Positions 46,653 to 56,986 are shown, counted from the stretch's first letter. The stretch is 64,000 nt of DNA from Parcubacteria group bacterium (GCA_041659065.1 JBAZYY010000001.1:163124-227123); one strand, 5' to 3'. Translations and numbers: made by a program. The notes: a model not told the origin generated them from the letters alone.

Positions 46653-47465
46653 TTATAATAATCTTTTCTTGGCTATCACTTTCAACGCTTCATTAAATTC
46701 CTGAATAGCCTGGTCAATTAAAGGATCGAAATTCTTGTTTATGCCTTTATCCCGAACGATATTCCCCGCGTCAAGAAGAGAATCGTACGTACCCGCGTCC
46801 AACCATTCCCCTTTTATAATATTAACATTCAATTCTCCCATTTCAAGATATTTTTTGTTAATGTCGGTAATTTCTATTTCTCCTCGCTCTGAAGGATCCA
46901 TATTTTTGGCAATTTCAACCACCCGATTGTCATAAATATAGGCTCCGGTCACGCAAAAATTGCTTTTTGGCTTTTCCGGCTTTTCCTCGATTGAGATTGC
47001 TTTTCCCGATCCGTCAAATTCAACAATGCCAAATCGTTCCGGATCCGGCACTTCTTTGGCAAAAACGACTCCTCCCTGCTTGAAATTTTTAATAAACCGA
47101 GAGAGATCGTCTTCGAAAATATTGTCACCCAGAATCATCGTCACGTTATCCTCTCCAATAAAAGATTCTCCCAGAACAAATGCGTCCGCAAGCCCGCGCG
47201 GAACCTTCTGCACTTCAAAATAAAGATGCACCCCGTGATTCTTAAAAATTGACCCCAAGAGATTCAAAAACTGTCCGGAATGATCCGGAGCCACAATGAT
47301 CAGGATTTCTCTCACCCCCGCCTTTATGAGGACATTGAGCGGATAGAATACCATCTGCCGATCATAAACAGGGAGAAGCTGTTTGCTGGTCGTAGCAGTG
47401 AGAGGAAACAGCCTGGTCGCTGTGCCGCCCGCCAAAATTATGCCTTTCATATTAATATTTTCCAT
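46653..47465 (-). CDS. rfbA: Glucose-1-phosphate thymidylyltransferase
   Basis: GIILAGGTATRLFP, SKQLLPVYD, LGDNIF, EEKP, SERGEIEITD, WLDAGT. Confidence 0.92.
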   Translation of the reverse strand: MENINMKGIILAGGTATRLFPLTATTSKQLLPVYDRQMVFYPLNVLIKAGVREILIIVAPDHSGQFLNLLGSIFKNHGVHLYFEVQKVPRGLADAFVLGESFIGEDNVTMILGDNIFEDDLSRFIKNFKQGGVVFAKEVPDPERFGIVEFDGSGKAISIEEKPEKPKSNFCVTGAYIYDNRVVEIAKNMDPSERGEIEITDINKKYLEMGELNVNIIKGEWLDAGTYDSLLDAGNIVRDKGINKNFDPLIDQAIQEFNEALKVIAKKRLL

Positions 47466-47474
47466 ATATAAAAT

Positions 47475-48344
47475 TTAATTATTTATTCCCATAATTTTCA
47501 TGTAGTCGACGAGAGCGTCCTGATAATTTCTCAGGGGTTTCAACTTTGAGTTGATAAGCACTGAAGACTTTGGCCGTTTGGCAGGCCGCGGAAATTCCGA
47601 AGACGGGACAGGAACGGTCTCAATATCGATTTTAGCCAATTTAAAAAGAAAATCAGCCGCTTCGAACCACGTACAAGCCCCTTCGTTAATCACGTGATAT
47701 ATCCCGTACGGAATTTTCTCTTCAATTATTTTTTTCGTTTCAAGCGCGAGATCGGGAGTGTAAGTAAAGCAGCTTTTTTCTTCGTCTACTATTTTCAAGA
47801 CTGAATTGTCTTTTGAAAGCTCAATCATGGAATCAAAGAAACTTCTCTTAGCCATCGCGGAACTGCCCGGAGATCCAAAAAGCTTTGATGACCGAATCAA
47901 ATAGTAGCTGTCGGTATTTTTTGCGACTTCTTCCTCCCCCAGCAGCTTCGAGCGACCATAGTTGCTGATCGGATTAGGCTTCTCATTTTCGTTATATTCG
48001 CCCTTATCTCCGTCAAAAACATAGTCAGTGCTGTAATGGATGATGGGAATGTTTTTTTCCTTGCCGATTTTTGCCAGAATCCCCGGGCCGTACCCATTGA
48101 TTTTTTTGGCCAATTCATATTCAATTTCGTCCGTCTCGCACCGGTCCACGGCGTTATAAGCGCTGGCATTGATCACAGCGTTGGGCTTGTCTTGATCAAT
48201 GATTTTTCTTAAACTTTCTTCCGAAGTTATATCAACCGATTCGCGGTCGTACCCAAAAACTTCCCAGTTCATGTCATTTTCAAAGACTTTGACGAGATCC
48301 TGTCCTAGCATTCCTTTTGATCCGATTATAATTAGCTTTTTCAT
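47475..48344 (-). CDS. rfbD: dTDP-4-dehydrorhamnose reductase
   Basis: GSKGMLG, STDYVFDG, YGRSKLLGE, PAKRP. Confidence 0.92.
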   Translation of the reverse strand: MKKLIIIGSKGMLGQDLVKVFENDMNWEVFGYDRESVDITSEESLRKIIDQDKPNAVINASAYNAVDRCETDEIEYELAKKINGYGPGILAKIGKEKNIPIIHYSTDYVFDGDKGEYNENEKPNPISNYGRSKLLGEEEVAKNTDSYYLIRSSKLFGSPGSSAMAKRSFFDSMIELSKDNSVLKIVDEEKSCFTYTPDLALETKKIIEEKIPYGIYHVINEGACTWFEAADFLFKLAKIDIETVPVPSSEFPRPAKRPKSSVLINSKLKPLRNYQDALVDYMKIMGINN

Positions 48345-49072
48345 GAGATTTGGCTTAATATTTTTTCGATGTATTTCTTCGCTTTTAGTTGGTCACGGAA
48401 CGAGTTCTCAAGTTCAATGGCAATATAGTTTGAAAACCACTTTTTGGGGAATTTTCTGAGATAATTCAAATCGGAAACATTCCTCATCTCATGGCTATCA
48501 AACCGATACGACCTATCAGCTTTATCAAGTCTTTTTCGACGGGAGAAAGCGGACACGTGACAGCATTTTATGGAATAATTCTTAATTAACTCCAGTTTTT
48601 TTGGATAATAAACGGGATACTCCAGCTCCTCCGCCGCCAAATGTGAAAAATCCGCGCATAGTCCTGGAATTTTATATTTTTTAAAATATTTTTCGCTGAA
48701 ATATTTTCTTCTGGCCGGAGCGTAATGCGTTTCAACAAAAATTTTGGCTTGATATCTGGAATTTTTAATGAAATTATACGCGTGCAGATCCGCGTGCATG
48801 TTAAAACATTTCGCGCCCCATCTCGTGGCCAGATAATCTATTTCGTCATCAGTAAAATCGTGCCGCAAATGAACAAAGGGTATGGCTTTCAGTTTTGTTC
48901 TCTCAATCAGTTGGTAAAGAATTTTTCGGCTATTAATATCCAGAAATGTCGGGAATAAAGAAATCTCTCTGAGTCCAAGCTCATCTATCTCTTTCGCTTT
49001 TCGCTTCCAATTTGAGCCGGGAGTGGTGGTAAGCGCCGGCAATATTTTCCTCTTTTCACTTCTGCGAGCCAT
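48341..49072 (-). CDS. Hypothetical protein, possible TIM-barrel (AP-endonuclease/isomerase-like)
   Basis: FVHLRHD, FNMH, IFVE, GLCADFSH, HVS, IAIELENS; start MARRSEK. Confidence 0.55.
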   Translation of the reverse strand: MARRSEKRKILPALTTTPGSNWKRKAKEIDELGLREISLFPTFLDINSRKILYQLIERTKLKAIPFVHLRHDFTDDEIDYLATRWGAKCFNMHADLHAYNFIKNSRYQAKIFVETHYAPARRKYFSEKYFKKYKIPGLCADFSHLAAEELEYPVYYPKKLELIKNYSIKCCHVSAFSRRKRLDKADRSYRFDSHEMRNVSDLNYLRKFPKKWFSNYIAIELENSFRDQLKAKKYIEKILSQIS

Positions 49073-50105
49073 ACTGTTTTTCGTAGTACTTGAGATATTC
49101 GCCATTTTTAATTTTGCGCCACCACTCCTGATTATTTTTATACCATTCGACAGTTTTTTGCATGCCGGATTCAAAACTTTCCAGTGGCTCCCAGCCCAGT
49201 TCGCTTTTTACCTTGGAAAAATCAATCGCGTAGCGTCGATCATGGCCGGGCCTGTCCTTCACAAATTCAATAAGATCATCACTGAGCCCCATGAGTTCAA
49301 GAATTTTTTTAGCAACATCCAGGTTTGCAATCTGGCAATCTCCTCCCACGCAATAAGTCTCCCCAATTTTGCCGTTATGAATAATCAGATCAATCGCCCG
49401 GCAGTGATCATCGACGTAAAGCCAATCCCTGATCTGCATGCCGTCTCCGTAAATCGGGACTTTTTTGTCTTCCAGTAGATTTGTAATAAACAGTCCGTGC
49501 AACTTTTCCGGAAATTGGAAGGGACCATAGTTATTCGAGCAATTTGAAATTGTCACCGGAAGCCCGTGAGTATGGAAGTAAGCCATCACCAAGTGGTCGG
49601 AAGCGGCTTTTGAAGCGCTATAGGGACTTCTGGGAGCATAAGCGGTGTTTTCATTGAAGAGCGGGTCGTTCGGCCCCAGATGGCCGTAAACTTCATCAGT
49701 CGAGATATGGTGAAATCGCTTGAGCCCGTTTGATTTTGCCGCCTCAAGCAGGTTGTGTGTACCCAGAACATTAGTATGGATAAAACTCGCGCTATCAAGT
49801 ATCGAACGATCGACATGAGACTCCGCCGCGAAGTTAACCACCACATCAGCTTCCCGCACCAGACGATCGACAAGTTCTTTGCCTGCTATATCACCCTTAA
49901 CGAATTTATAGTTCGGATTATTTTCAACCTCTTTCAGATTCTCAAGATTCCCCGCGTAGGTCAAAAGGTCAAGATTTACAATCTTATAATCCGGATATTT
50001 TTTGAGAATATGGCGGATGAAATTGCTTCCAATAAATCCCGCTCCGCCGGTAACGAGAAGTGAGAGTTGGGATTTGAGAGTTGGGATTTGAGAGTTATTT
50101 TTCAT
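49056..50105 (-). CDS. rfbB: dTDP-glucose 4,6-dehydratase
   Basis: VTGGAGFIGSNF, AAESHVDRSI, STDEVYG, PYSASK. Confidence 0.95.
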   Translation of the reverse strand: MKNNSQIPTLKSQLSLLVTGGAGFIGSNFIRHILKKYPDYKIVNLDLLTYAGNLENLKEVENNPNYKFVKGDIAGKELVDRLVREADVVVNFAAESHVDRSILDSASFIHTNVLGTHNLLEAAKSNGLKRFHHISTDEVYGHLGPNDPLFNENTAYAPRSPYSASKAASDHLVMAYFHTHGLPVTISNCSNNYGPFQFPEKLHGLFITNLLEDKKVPIYGDGMQIRDWLYVDDHCRAIDLIIHNGKIGETYCVGGDCQIANLDVAKKILELMGLSDDLIEFVKDRPGHDRRYAIDFSKVKSELGWEPLESFESGMQKTVEWYKNNQEWWRKIKNGEYLKYYEKQYGSQK

Positions 50106-50516
50106 TGAATTTAATTAACCCGCTTAACATTTTTGAAATTTCTTCGCTTAGTCTATACAATTCGTCGTATTCCGTCTTTGAAATATAATTTTGCATCAAG
50201 GATAAATCCAGCAAACTCACAACTTCATAAACAGATCCTTTTGCAATGTTAAATAAGTTCCTGCTTTCTCTGCTGCCACTTCTTCCGCAAGCTTCGGCTA
50301 TATTGGCAATAACAGAAATAGCCGCTCTTATCATTTGGCTAACTAGTGAGAACTTGAGATTATCCGGAAACTTATTGGTTATTCTAAAAATTTCTTTGTT
50401 AAAAATCAGGGCTTTTTTATAGACTTCCAGTTTTTCAAATTTATACATATCTCTATCTCAAATCTCTATCACATTTATCTTTTCTCTGTCACGACTCCCT
50501 ATCTCATATCTCAAAT
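50060..50516. repeat. Inverted heptamer-repeat arrays flanking the four-helix-bundle gene
   Basis: gagagttgggatttgagagttgggatttgagag (about 50062-50096) versus ctctatctcaaatctctatc...ctccctatctcatatctcaaat (50449-50516). Confidence 0.75.
50095..50448 (-). CDS. Four helix bundle protein (23S rRNA-IVP/TIGR02436-like)
   Basis: FEKLEVYKKA, SQMIRAAISVIANIAE, IAKGSVYE, KMLSGLI. Confidence 0.9.
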   Translation of the reverse strand: MYKFEKLEVYKKALIFNKEIFRITNKFPDNLKFSLVSQMIRAAISVIANIAEACGRSGSRESRNLFNIAKGSVYEVVSLLDLSLMQNYISKTEYDELYRLSEEISKMLSGLIKFNEK

Positions 50517-51061
50517 GGGTTTCTGCTTTTAAAATCTTTGAAAGATTGCAGTCCCGCGTCTTTCTCTGAAAGAATGGGAGTCCTCATCGGCCATGCAATA
50601 TCCAAATCCGGATCATTCCAAATAATTCCGCTGTCGTATTCCTTGGAATAATAATTATCCACCTTATAAATTATTTCCGTGTTATCTTCAAGAGCCATGA
50701 AGCCGTGCGCGAATCCGCGCGGCACGAAGAGCATATGGAAATTCGAAGCAGACAGCCCAAAGTTTTCCGACTTGAGATAGGTCGGTGAATCTTTGCGCAG
50801 GTCAACAACTACGTCATAAATCGAACCTCGAATTACCCGAATCAATTTTGCTTGTTCGAATGGAGGCAGCTGAAAATGAAGCCCGCGCAAAGTTCCTTTT
50901 TTTGCGGAATATGAATGATTATCCTGAATAAAATCTGCTTTAATGTCTTTTTCTTCCAGAACTTTCTTGGAATACGACTCTAAAAAAAATCCCCTCTCGT
51001 CTTGAAAAACTTGAGGTTTTATTAGATATGCACCCTTTAGTGAAGTCTCGATTATTTCCAT
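50504..51061 (-). CDS. rfbC: dTDP-4-dehydrorhamnose 3,5-epimerase
   Basis: DERGFF, QDNHS, GTLRGLHFQ, VPRGFAHGF. Confidence 0.95.
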   Translation of the reverse strand: MEIIETSLKGAYLIKPQVFQDERGFFLESYSKKVLEEKDIKADFIQDNHSYSAKKGTLRGLHFQLPPFEQAKLIRVIRGSIYDVVVDLRKDSPTYLKSENFGLSASNFHMLFVPRGFAHGFMALEDNTEIIYKVDNYYSKEYDSGIIWNDPDLDIAWPMRTPILSEKDAGLQSFKDFKSRNPFEI

Positions 51062-51196
51062 AATTCGGTTTTTATATAATAACTCGCGCGGCAAAAAAAA
51101 TCAAAAAACTTGTCCACAAAAAAAGAGAGGCACCCTAATCGCTTCCGGAATTAATCCGAATTTTAGTGATAGAGTGCCAATTGAAGCCGCCTAAGC

Positions 51197-51469
51197 TTAA
51201 AGACGGCTAAGGCCGGTGTGTTTGGCAGCGGCGTGATCTTCGAAAGGCGGGGCGTAGAACCGCAGTGAAAGGCCCATGACCTTGGCGGCGGCTCGCACAG
51301 CTTCGTGCGCAGGAACACCGTCAGTAATCACGCAGCACTGCCACGTTAAAAGAGCTGCCTCAACTGCCTCATCCCGCCGCTCGTCTCCCGGCCGCCGCAG
51401 ACAATCCCGCCTCTCTGCCATCTTTTCTAAAATTTTATACAGCGTCCTTCCAGTCTTAGTCGTTCTCAT
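51197..51469 (-). CDS. Small orphan protein
   Basis: AGAGGTG Shine-Dalgarno, GC-richer than flanks, bracketed by hairpins. Confidence 0.5.
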   Translation of the reverse strand: MRTTKTGRTLYKILEKMAERRDCLRRPGDERRDEAVEAALLTWQCCVITDGVPAHEAVRAAAKVMGLSLRFYAPPFEDHAAAKHTGLSRL

Positions 51470-51660
51470 TTGCCACCTCTGAATTTAGTTGATGTTTATA
51501 ATTTTTATAAAAAAAGCGCCAATACTAAGCGCTATTCCCCTTTGCCAAAGAACTTTCCCTCCCCAATCTTGAATCCGCTCGTAGTTTCAGATTCACTCAA
51601 GGGTAAGAAAATTCTTTTGATTCTATTTTAAATAATTTTTGATTTTTCGTAAACCATCTT

Positions 51661-51723
51661 CTCTCTATCTCTATCTCAACTCCCTATCTCATATCTCAAA
51701 TCTCTATCTCAGCTCTCACATCC
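51661..51723. repeat. Heptamer-like CT-rich repeat tract
   Basis: Shares exact 23-mer actccctatctcatatctcaaat (51679-51701) with 50494-50516. Confidence 0.75.
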
Positions 51724-52614
51724 CTAAAGCTCTCCTCGCATAAGGCGGTTCAGCCGATCCTTGACCTCGTCATCGGTCGGTTCATGAAAATTTTCCTGAT
51801 TATTCTCAACTTTTTCCGTTATATCCTCAGCTATAGGCAGATTCTCCGGCGCCCCGCCTCTTGCTGCCTGAGTCGCGGGTTTCACAATTTCCTCATATCT
51901 TCTCTCCGTTTCAGGAGTATAAGGCATTTCCGGCCTGATCATTGGCATCTCTTCGAGTATCTCAGCCTCTTCTTCGTGAGCAAATGAGGGCGATTTAATT
52001 CTTTCTTTCGTCGGCTCGATTGTTTCTTCCGGCTCGATTTCTTGAGCAGCGCCGGCGATCCCGAACAGAATCCAGTAAAGCGTGAACAAGACTAGCCCGG
52101 CTAAAAATCCAATTCCCGCGTACAGCGCGACATTCGGTTCGGTCGGACGGGCCGAAACTTCAGGATCACCAATCAAAAGATATTTGAAGGGCTGTCCGCC
52201 GTAAAGGTCTCGCGTGTAACTCGCGACATCATTGGGAAGCTCGACGATTTTATTCTCGATATTTTGAATATCCGCCTGATTACTGCGGAAAACAATCTTG
52301 ACGGTTGAAGAATTTTTAACGGCTTCAGCTGAATGGAAATTCGCCGCGAGATTTCCCAAAATATTTTTCTGAAAACTCTGTCCTTTGACTATTTCCGCCG
52401 TATTAGCCGACTCCAAAAATAAATTAGCCGCCGCGGTCGGAGAAGTTATGGCCGGGACTATCACGATTTTGCCTGTCACATCCCATTTTTTCGTAAGAAA
52501 CATCGAGTACGCAAAACCAACCAGCGCCAGAATTGCGCCTGCCAGAATTGCTTGCGATATGAAATTTTTTAGCGTATTGGACTCATTCATATATTTTTTG
52601 TAGGTGTCCGACAC
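51724..52614 (-). CDS. Wzz/CapA-like polysaccharide chain-length determinant
   Basis: Two TMs flanking an extracytoplasmic domain; PTEPN..LYAGIGFLAGL motif; near rfb genes. Confidence 0.55.
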   Translation of the reverse strand: MSDTYKKYMNESNTLKNFISQAILAGAILALVGFAYSMFLTKKWDVTGKIVIVPAITSPTAAANLFLESANTAEIVKGQSFQKNILGNLAANFHSAEAVKNSSTVKIVFRSNQADIQNIENKIVELPNDVASYTRDLYGGQPFKYLLIGDPEVSARPTEPNVALYAGIGFLAGLVLFTLYWILFGIAGAAQEIEPEETIEPTKERIKSPSFAHEEEAEILEEMPMIRPEMPYTPETERRYEEIVKPATQAARGGAPENLPIAEDITEKVENNQENFHEPTDDEVKDRLNRLMRGEL

Positions 52615-52629
52615 CTACAAACGGCTGAA

Positions 52630-53592
52630 TTATTTTACCAGATCCGCCTTAACAATCAACCTTCTGAAATTAGTACCCAGCGGCCAACAAGTTGAGAGGG
52701 TTAGGGTCGGTTCGGCCGTATCTGAAAATATAAGCGGATCATCTGGAGCAACAATTTTTTTGAGGCTGTTTACTTTATAGTGGTAAGTTAGCACTCTTCC
52801 ATTTTGCTGGATCGTTTTCACGTCCACCATGTCGCCTTCCACGAGATTATTTAAGTTTTTGAAAATATAATTATAATCGCCCTTGACCCAGATATAGTTG
52901 CTACTGTGGCCGGAAATAACCATATTGCCTGTTTGGCCGGGCGTGGCTGATTTCGGGTAATGATTAACTCCGCTTTTAAGGTCTTCGAGCATACTGTTTT
53001 CATCCTCGCTTGTTGACCAGACCATTGGCACGGCCACATCGATTTTTTTGATCGTAATTTCCACGCTCGGTTTCGCTTCCCCTGGCGAATCCGGATCAAA
53101 ACCGTTATTTATTTCTTGTCGATCGCTGAATCCATCTCCGTCTGTATCGGCATTTTTTGGATTTGTCCCGTGAGCGTATTCCAGAAAATTCGGCAATTTA
53201 TCAGCGTCCGGGTCATCATCAAATTTTCCGTCAGCGCTGGTGAGTCCAAACGCCGTTGCCCACTCTCCATAGTTTAGATCCGCGACATCCGTCGAGCCAA
53301 TTTTTTCTTTGAGATCGCCGCCCAAAACTTTTCCGGAAAAAGAGGCGTCTGAAAGTGAGTCTGTTTTCTCGGCGGGCTTTATTTCCATATTCACGAGATA
53401 GAATAATGCCGCGAATACCACGAGAAATATAAAGACCGCTAGGAACAGGGATTTCCAGCTTTTCTGAAGGCCATTTTTCAATATGCGCCAAACCAGAGCG
53501 AGAGGATAATATATCGGCAAAGTTCTTTTGGGTTTATCCTCGCTCTGATTTTGGCTATGAAACACCGCTTGGAAAAGTTTAATCATTTCCAT
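52630..53592 (-). CDS. Sortase with Ca-binding DxDxDG (thrombospondin-type) repeats
   Basis: VISGHSS (His), LTLSTCWP (Cys), RRLIVKA (Arg); DPDADKL, DTDGDGFSD. Confidence 0.9.
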   Translation of the reverse strand: MEMIKLFQAVFHSQNQSEDKPKRTLPIYYPLALVWRILKNGLQKSWKSLFLAVFIFLVVFAALFYLVNMEIKPAEKTDSLSDASFSGKVLGGDLKEKIGSTDVADLNYGEWATAFGLTSADGKFDDDPDADKLPNFLEYAHGTNPKNADTDGDGFSDRQEINNGFDPDSPGEAKPSVEITIKKIDVAVPMVWSTSEDENSMLEDLKSGVNHYPKSATPGQTGNMVISGHSSNYIWVKGDYNYIFKNLNNLVEGDMVDVKTIQQNGRVLTYHYKVNSLKKIVAPDDPLIFSDTAEPTLTLSTCWPLGTNFRRLIVKADLVK

Positions 53593-53626
53593 TTCGTAAT
53601 TTCAAAAGTAAAGTTGGCGATTTCGA

Positions 53627-54436
53627 TTATTTAGAGAATATGTTGCGAAAAGATTTTTTGGATCCAACCGCGGCGAGACCGGAAACAGCCATAATACCAG
53701 CTAAAGCCATAGAACCTGAACCGGTAGCCGGCAAAGTCTTAGCTTCGACATAGACGACTTTTCCGTCATTGTCTTTGTAATAGCGTTTATGATTGCTGTC
53801 ATAGTGATAGTTGTGATTATTGTCTTTGTCACAATCGCTCTTGCAATCATGGTTGTCGTTGTGATCGCTATCAGCATCTGCATCTGCAGAGCTGGAAGCG
53901 TGCGAGCCATCCGCATCGGCATCAGCAGAAGCATGCGCATCTTTTCCGGCTGAAGCGGCAGCGGCTGAACTAGCAGCGGCAGAACCAGCCGACGCAGCAG
54001 CGCCAGAACCAGCGGCAGCAGACGCGTCTTTTCCAGCTGAAGCAGCAGCGGCAGCGGCGCTGGAAGCAGAGCTTGAAGTCGAAGAATTATTAACTACTTT
54101 GGCTTCGTTTGAATCCGACTTTTGAGATACAGTCGTCGAATTCTTAGCAGCGGCGGCAGCAGCTGAACTAGCAGCGGCGGCAGCAGACGCACCTTCTCCT
54201 GATTTCTTCCCAGAATTTACAGCGGCGGCAGCCGAGCTTGAAGACGAACTGGAAGAGCTTGAACTGTTGTTCACGCTGATGTTCGTCGAATTCACGTTCT
54301 TGTTGACGTTCGTGTTGCTGTTGTTGTTAATGTTTACGTTCTTGTTTGTGTCAGCCATTGTCTTAGCCGCACCCAAAAGCAGGGCTAACGCCAGGACAAT
54401 CGCTACTCTCATCGAGATTTTGCTTCTCTTTGACAT
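53627..54436 (-). CDS. LPXTG-anchored low-complexity surface protein
   Basis: Signal peptide, Asn/Ser/Ala tracts, LPATG + hydrophobic helix + KKSFR. Confidence 0.85.
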   Translation of the reverse strand: MSKRSKISMRVAIVLALALLLGAAKTMADTNKNVNINNNSNTNVNKNVNSTNISVNNSSSSSSSSSSSAAAAVNSGKKSGEGASAAAAASSAAAAAAKNSTTVSQKSDSNEAKVVNNSSTSSSASSAAAAAASAGKDASAAAGSGAAASAGSAAASSAAAASAGKDAHASADADADGSHASSSADADADSDHNDNHDCKSDCDKDNNHNYHYDSNHKRYYKDNDGKVVYVEAKTLPATGSGSMALAGIMAVSGLAAVGSKKSFRNIFSK

Positions 54437-54832
54437 AGTTTTTTGCTTAGATAATTAAATTAATGGCTTATATAATTAACAAAATAGAATAGCAGGGTGG
54501 CTATTTTTTGTCAATAGCCTGACCCACTAATAATTATGGCTTATATAAAGCATAATTAGAATATTCTCATATACTTAAAACCAAAAATAATAGTTTTTAC
54601 TAAATTATATTATGCAAATACTACCATCCTACCAAGCGTGGTAGTAATTGCATTAAATGCTCTAACTAAGGATTTTTGCTGACTTAAAGGTATATTTAAG
54701 CCTTTGTAGGGATTTTAAGTAAAAGAAAAACCTCATAGTCTCGCTCTATATCCATCCTCCGTTTTCGGATTAGGTTATCGATTGAAACTATGAGGCTTAG
54801 TTGAGGTCAGCGGCCTCACCCGGAATCCGGGG

Positions 54833-55519
54833 TTATTTCTCCACAACTTTTGCCTTGGAACCCGACTTTGACTTCGAGTTGGCAATACTCGTGGTATCCA
54901 CGTCCACGTTAGTTTTGGTAACCTGGACGGGCTTACTGATGAGCTTGTTCCTGTTCTTGTTGATATTGGTGTTGTCGGAGTTGCCGCTGCCTTCGACACC
55001 GGAGACACCGGAGATAGTGGTCTGATCTGGCCGTAGGGCAGCAAATGCGGCTTTGAGAAAATATCCGCCGATAGCCGCTACCCCAACATCCGAAACCATC
55101 TTGACAATGGCCGCCAAAATCTTGGGGCCTGGGGCATCCAAGGGATACCCAAAGGAACTGAAGATGGTCACTACTTCTTCAAGAGCGCCCTTGTCCTTTA
55201 GCCAGATCATCATTTCATCCCACCCTTTTCTTACTTGAGTGATCTGGTCATCATTTGGGCACTTACCCGTTTGCTCGTACCAGGCGAGCTTAATCTTCTC
55301 TTTTGTCAGCCTTTCGCTGGCGACCATCTGAACCAGAGCTTGGAAGCCCTGGGTGGCTCCGCCGTACCAAGGCTCGCCGTAAATTTGGATGGAAGACACG
55401 ACCTTGGCTGTCGGAGACAAGATGACTGTTTCCGTATAGATACCTTTCGTCTCCCCATGAGACATAACAGGGGCAAACACCATCGCCAAAACTAGCGGCA
55501 ATACAATAAAATTCTTCAC
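54833..55519 (-). CDS. Secreted hypothetical protein
   Basis: Signal peptide; AAGGAG Shine-Dalgarno; overlaps upstream stop. Confidence 0.6.
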   Translation of the reverse strand: MKNFIVLPLVLAMVFAPVMSHGETKGIYTETVILSPTAKVVSSIQIYGEPWYGGATQGFQALVQMVASERLTKEKIKLAWYEQTGKCPNDDQITQVRKGWDEMMIWLKDKGALEEVVTIFSSFGYPLDAPGPKILAAIVKMVSDVGVAAIGGYFLKAAFAALRPDQTTISGVSGVEGSGNSDNTNINKNRNKLISKPVQVTKTNVDVDTTSIANSKSKSGSKAKVVEK

Positions 55520-56622
55520 GAGAAATTCTCCTTCTTCTCAATCAGTGTGGGTTTAAGTTCTTCGATACCCTCTGGGCACGAACCCATTGGGCCAAACACC
55601 GGCCTTAAAAACACCTGCCCAGACGCTGACTCTGCCCAAAACAACGTTTGTTGGATAGGCTTTTCTACTCGTTCAGACTGAGCAGTGTGCGGATTAATTC
55701 GCTCCAGACAGTGACCTAGATCGTTCCAATCCCCATCTGGCGTTTTCTGTGGCCATTGATAATAGCCACTTTGAACTTCTATATCACTGACCGTAGATTG
55801 CTCGGCAGTATTACCTGCTATATTTTTACCCGCGAACTTTTGGGGTGCTGACGCGGGATTCTTTACATCGGGGGTGACTGCTGGTAAATCATATTTCGAG
55901 TCCGAGCGGAAATTTTTGGGTGCTGACGCCACGGACTTCTGAATATCGGGGGTGACTGCTGATGAATCATATCGGGAGCCTTCAGGCCGAACTTTTGGGG
56001 TGTTGACGGCCAAAGGCTTCTGGGTCTTATTTGTCTCGGGGACGACTGCTGGGGTGAAGCTATGCGGCGCAATAGCCGCTATTTTCGAAGCAGGCTGACC
56101 CTGCTTTTGGGCGCCGATAACCGGCGCAACAGGGCTGCTGCTGAAAGAAGGCTTATTGATAACGTTCGAATCCGCAAACTTTTTGGATGATGACGCGGAC
56201 TGAACCTTCGGCGCATTCTTTTGCGCCTGGAAACCATTATGAAACGGGGGCGACTGCTGGTCATTCGTAGAGGTTAAACCTCTATTGACAGGAGTTTCAA
56301 CTTTTTTCGCCGTCGCAATTGGCACAGGCGCGGTAGCCATAGTGGGCTGAAAATTAAAGCCCGCCTTAGCCTTAAGGTTGCGAGAACGAGAAGAGTACTT
56401 CGATTTCGCCACGAACTTTTCCATCCGTTCGCGGTTAAAAACCGTCACTCTCTTCCCATTTTCTTTCCAGCTTGCCCAGATGAGGCCATCCTCACTGGAG
56501 TATTCGGCGATGTGATCCACACCGCCGATCTGGAAATTATACAACTTGGCCTCGGCCAATCCCGCGCTTGCTAAAAATATAGCGACGGCGGCCAGTGCCA
56601 GAAAACCTAGCAGCCTTTTCAT
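55516..56622 (-). CDS. Secreted hypothetical protein with internal ~26-aa repeats
   Basis: Signal peptide, AAGGAGG Shine-Dalgarno, repeated AVTPD...ASAP.F units. Confidence 0.65.
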   Translation of the reverse strand: MKRLLGFLALAAVAIFLASAGLAEAKLYNFQIGGVDHIAEYSSEDGLIWASWKENGKRVTVFNRERMEKFVAKSKYSSRSRNLKAKAGFNFQPTMATAPVPIATAKKVETPVNRGLTSTNDQQSPPFHNGFQAQKNAPKVQSASSSKKFADSNVINKPSFSSSPVAPVIGAQKQGQPASKIAAIAPHSFTPAVVPETNKTQKPLAVNTPKVRPEGSRYDSSAVTPDIQKSVASAPKNFRSDSKYDLPAVTPDVKNPASAPQKFAGKNIAGNTAEQSTVSDIEVQSGYYQWPQKTPDGDWNDLGHCLERINPHTAQSERVEKPIQQTLFWAESASGQVFLRPVFGPMGSCPEGIEELKPTLIEKKENFS

Positions 56623-56986
56623 GGCCGCCTCCTTTTATCAGATTTTTACAGCATATATTAACGGCAAATTGCCGTTTATGAAGTTTTTAATGATCTCATT
56701 ATATTTTTGACCCTATTTAGGGTTAAATATATCCGCAATATAAAGCAAAAAAGGATATTCCGGGAATATTTAACACTAAATGGATTTTCCGCCGATAATT
56801 AGAGATTTTTTCGTTAATAGTTAGAACATTGCATACTAAACGAAAAATTTATGTTTGTCAAGTAATTTTCTGCCTTAAATAAAGCTAATTTTTTAGCATA
56901 TTTTACTTGTTAGCACGTTTTAAAATTGAATTTTAGAACTATTTTTGGATTGACCTGCAAATATATCACCCTGTCATTATTAACCT

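Noticed and set aside
50095-50448. DGR accessory (Avd) gene
   Set aside because: Fold is related, but no reverse transcriptase or TR/VR pair is visible.
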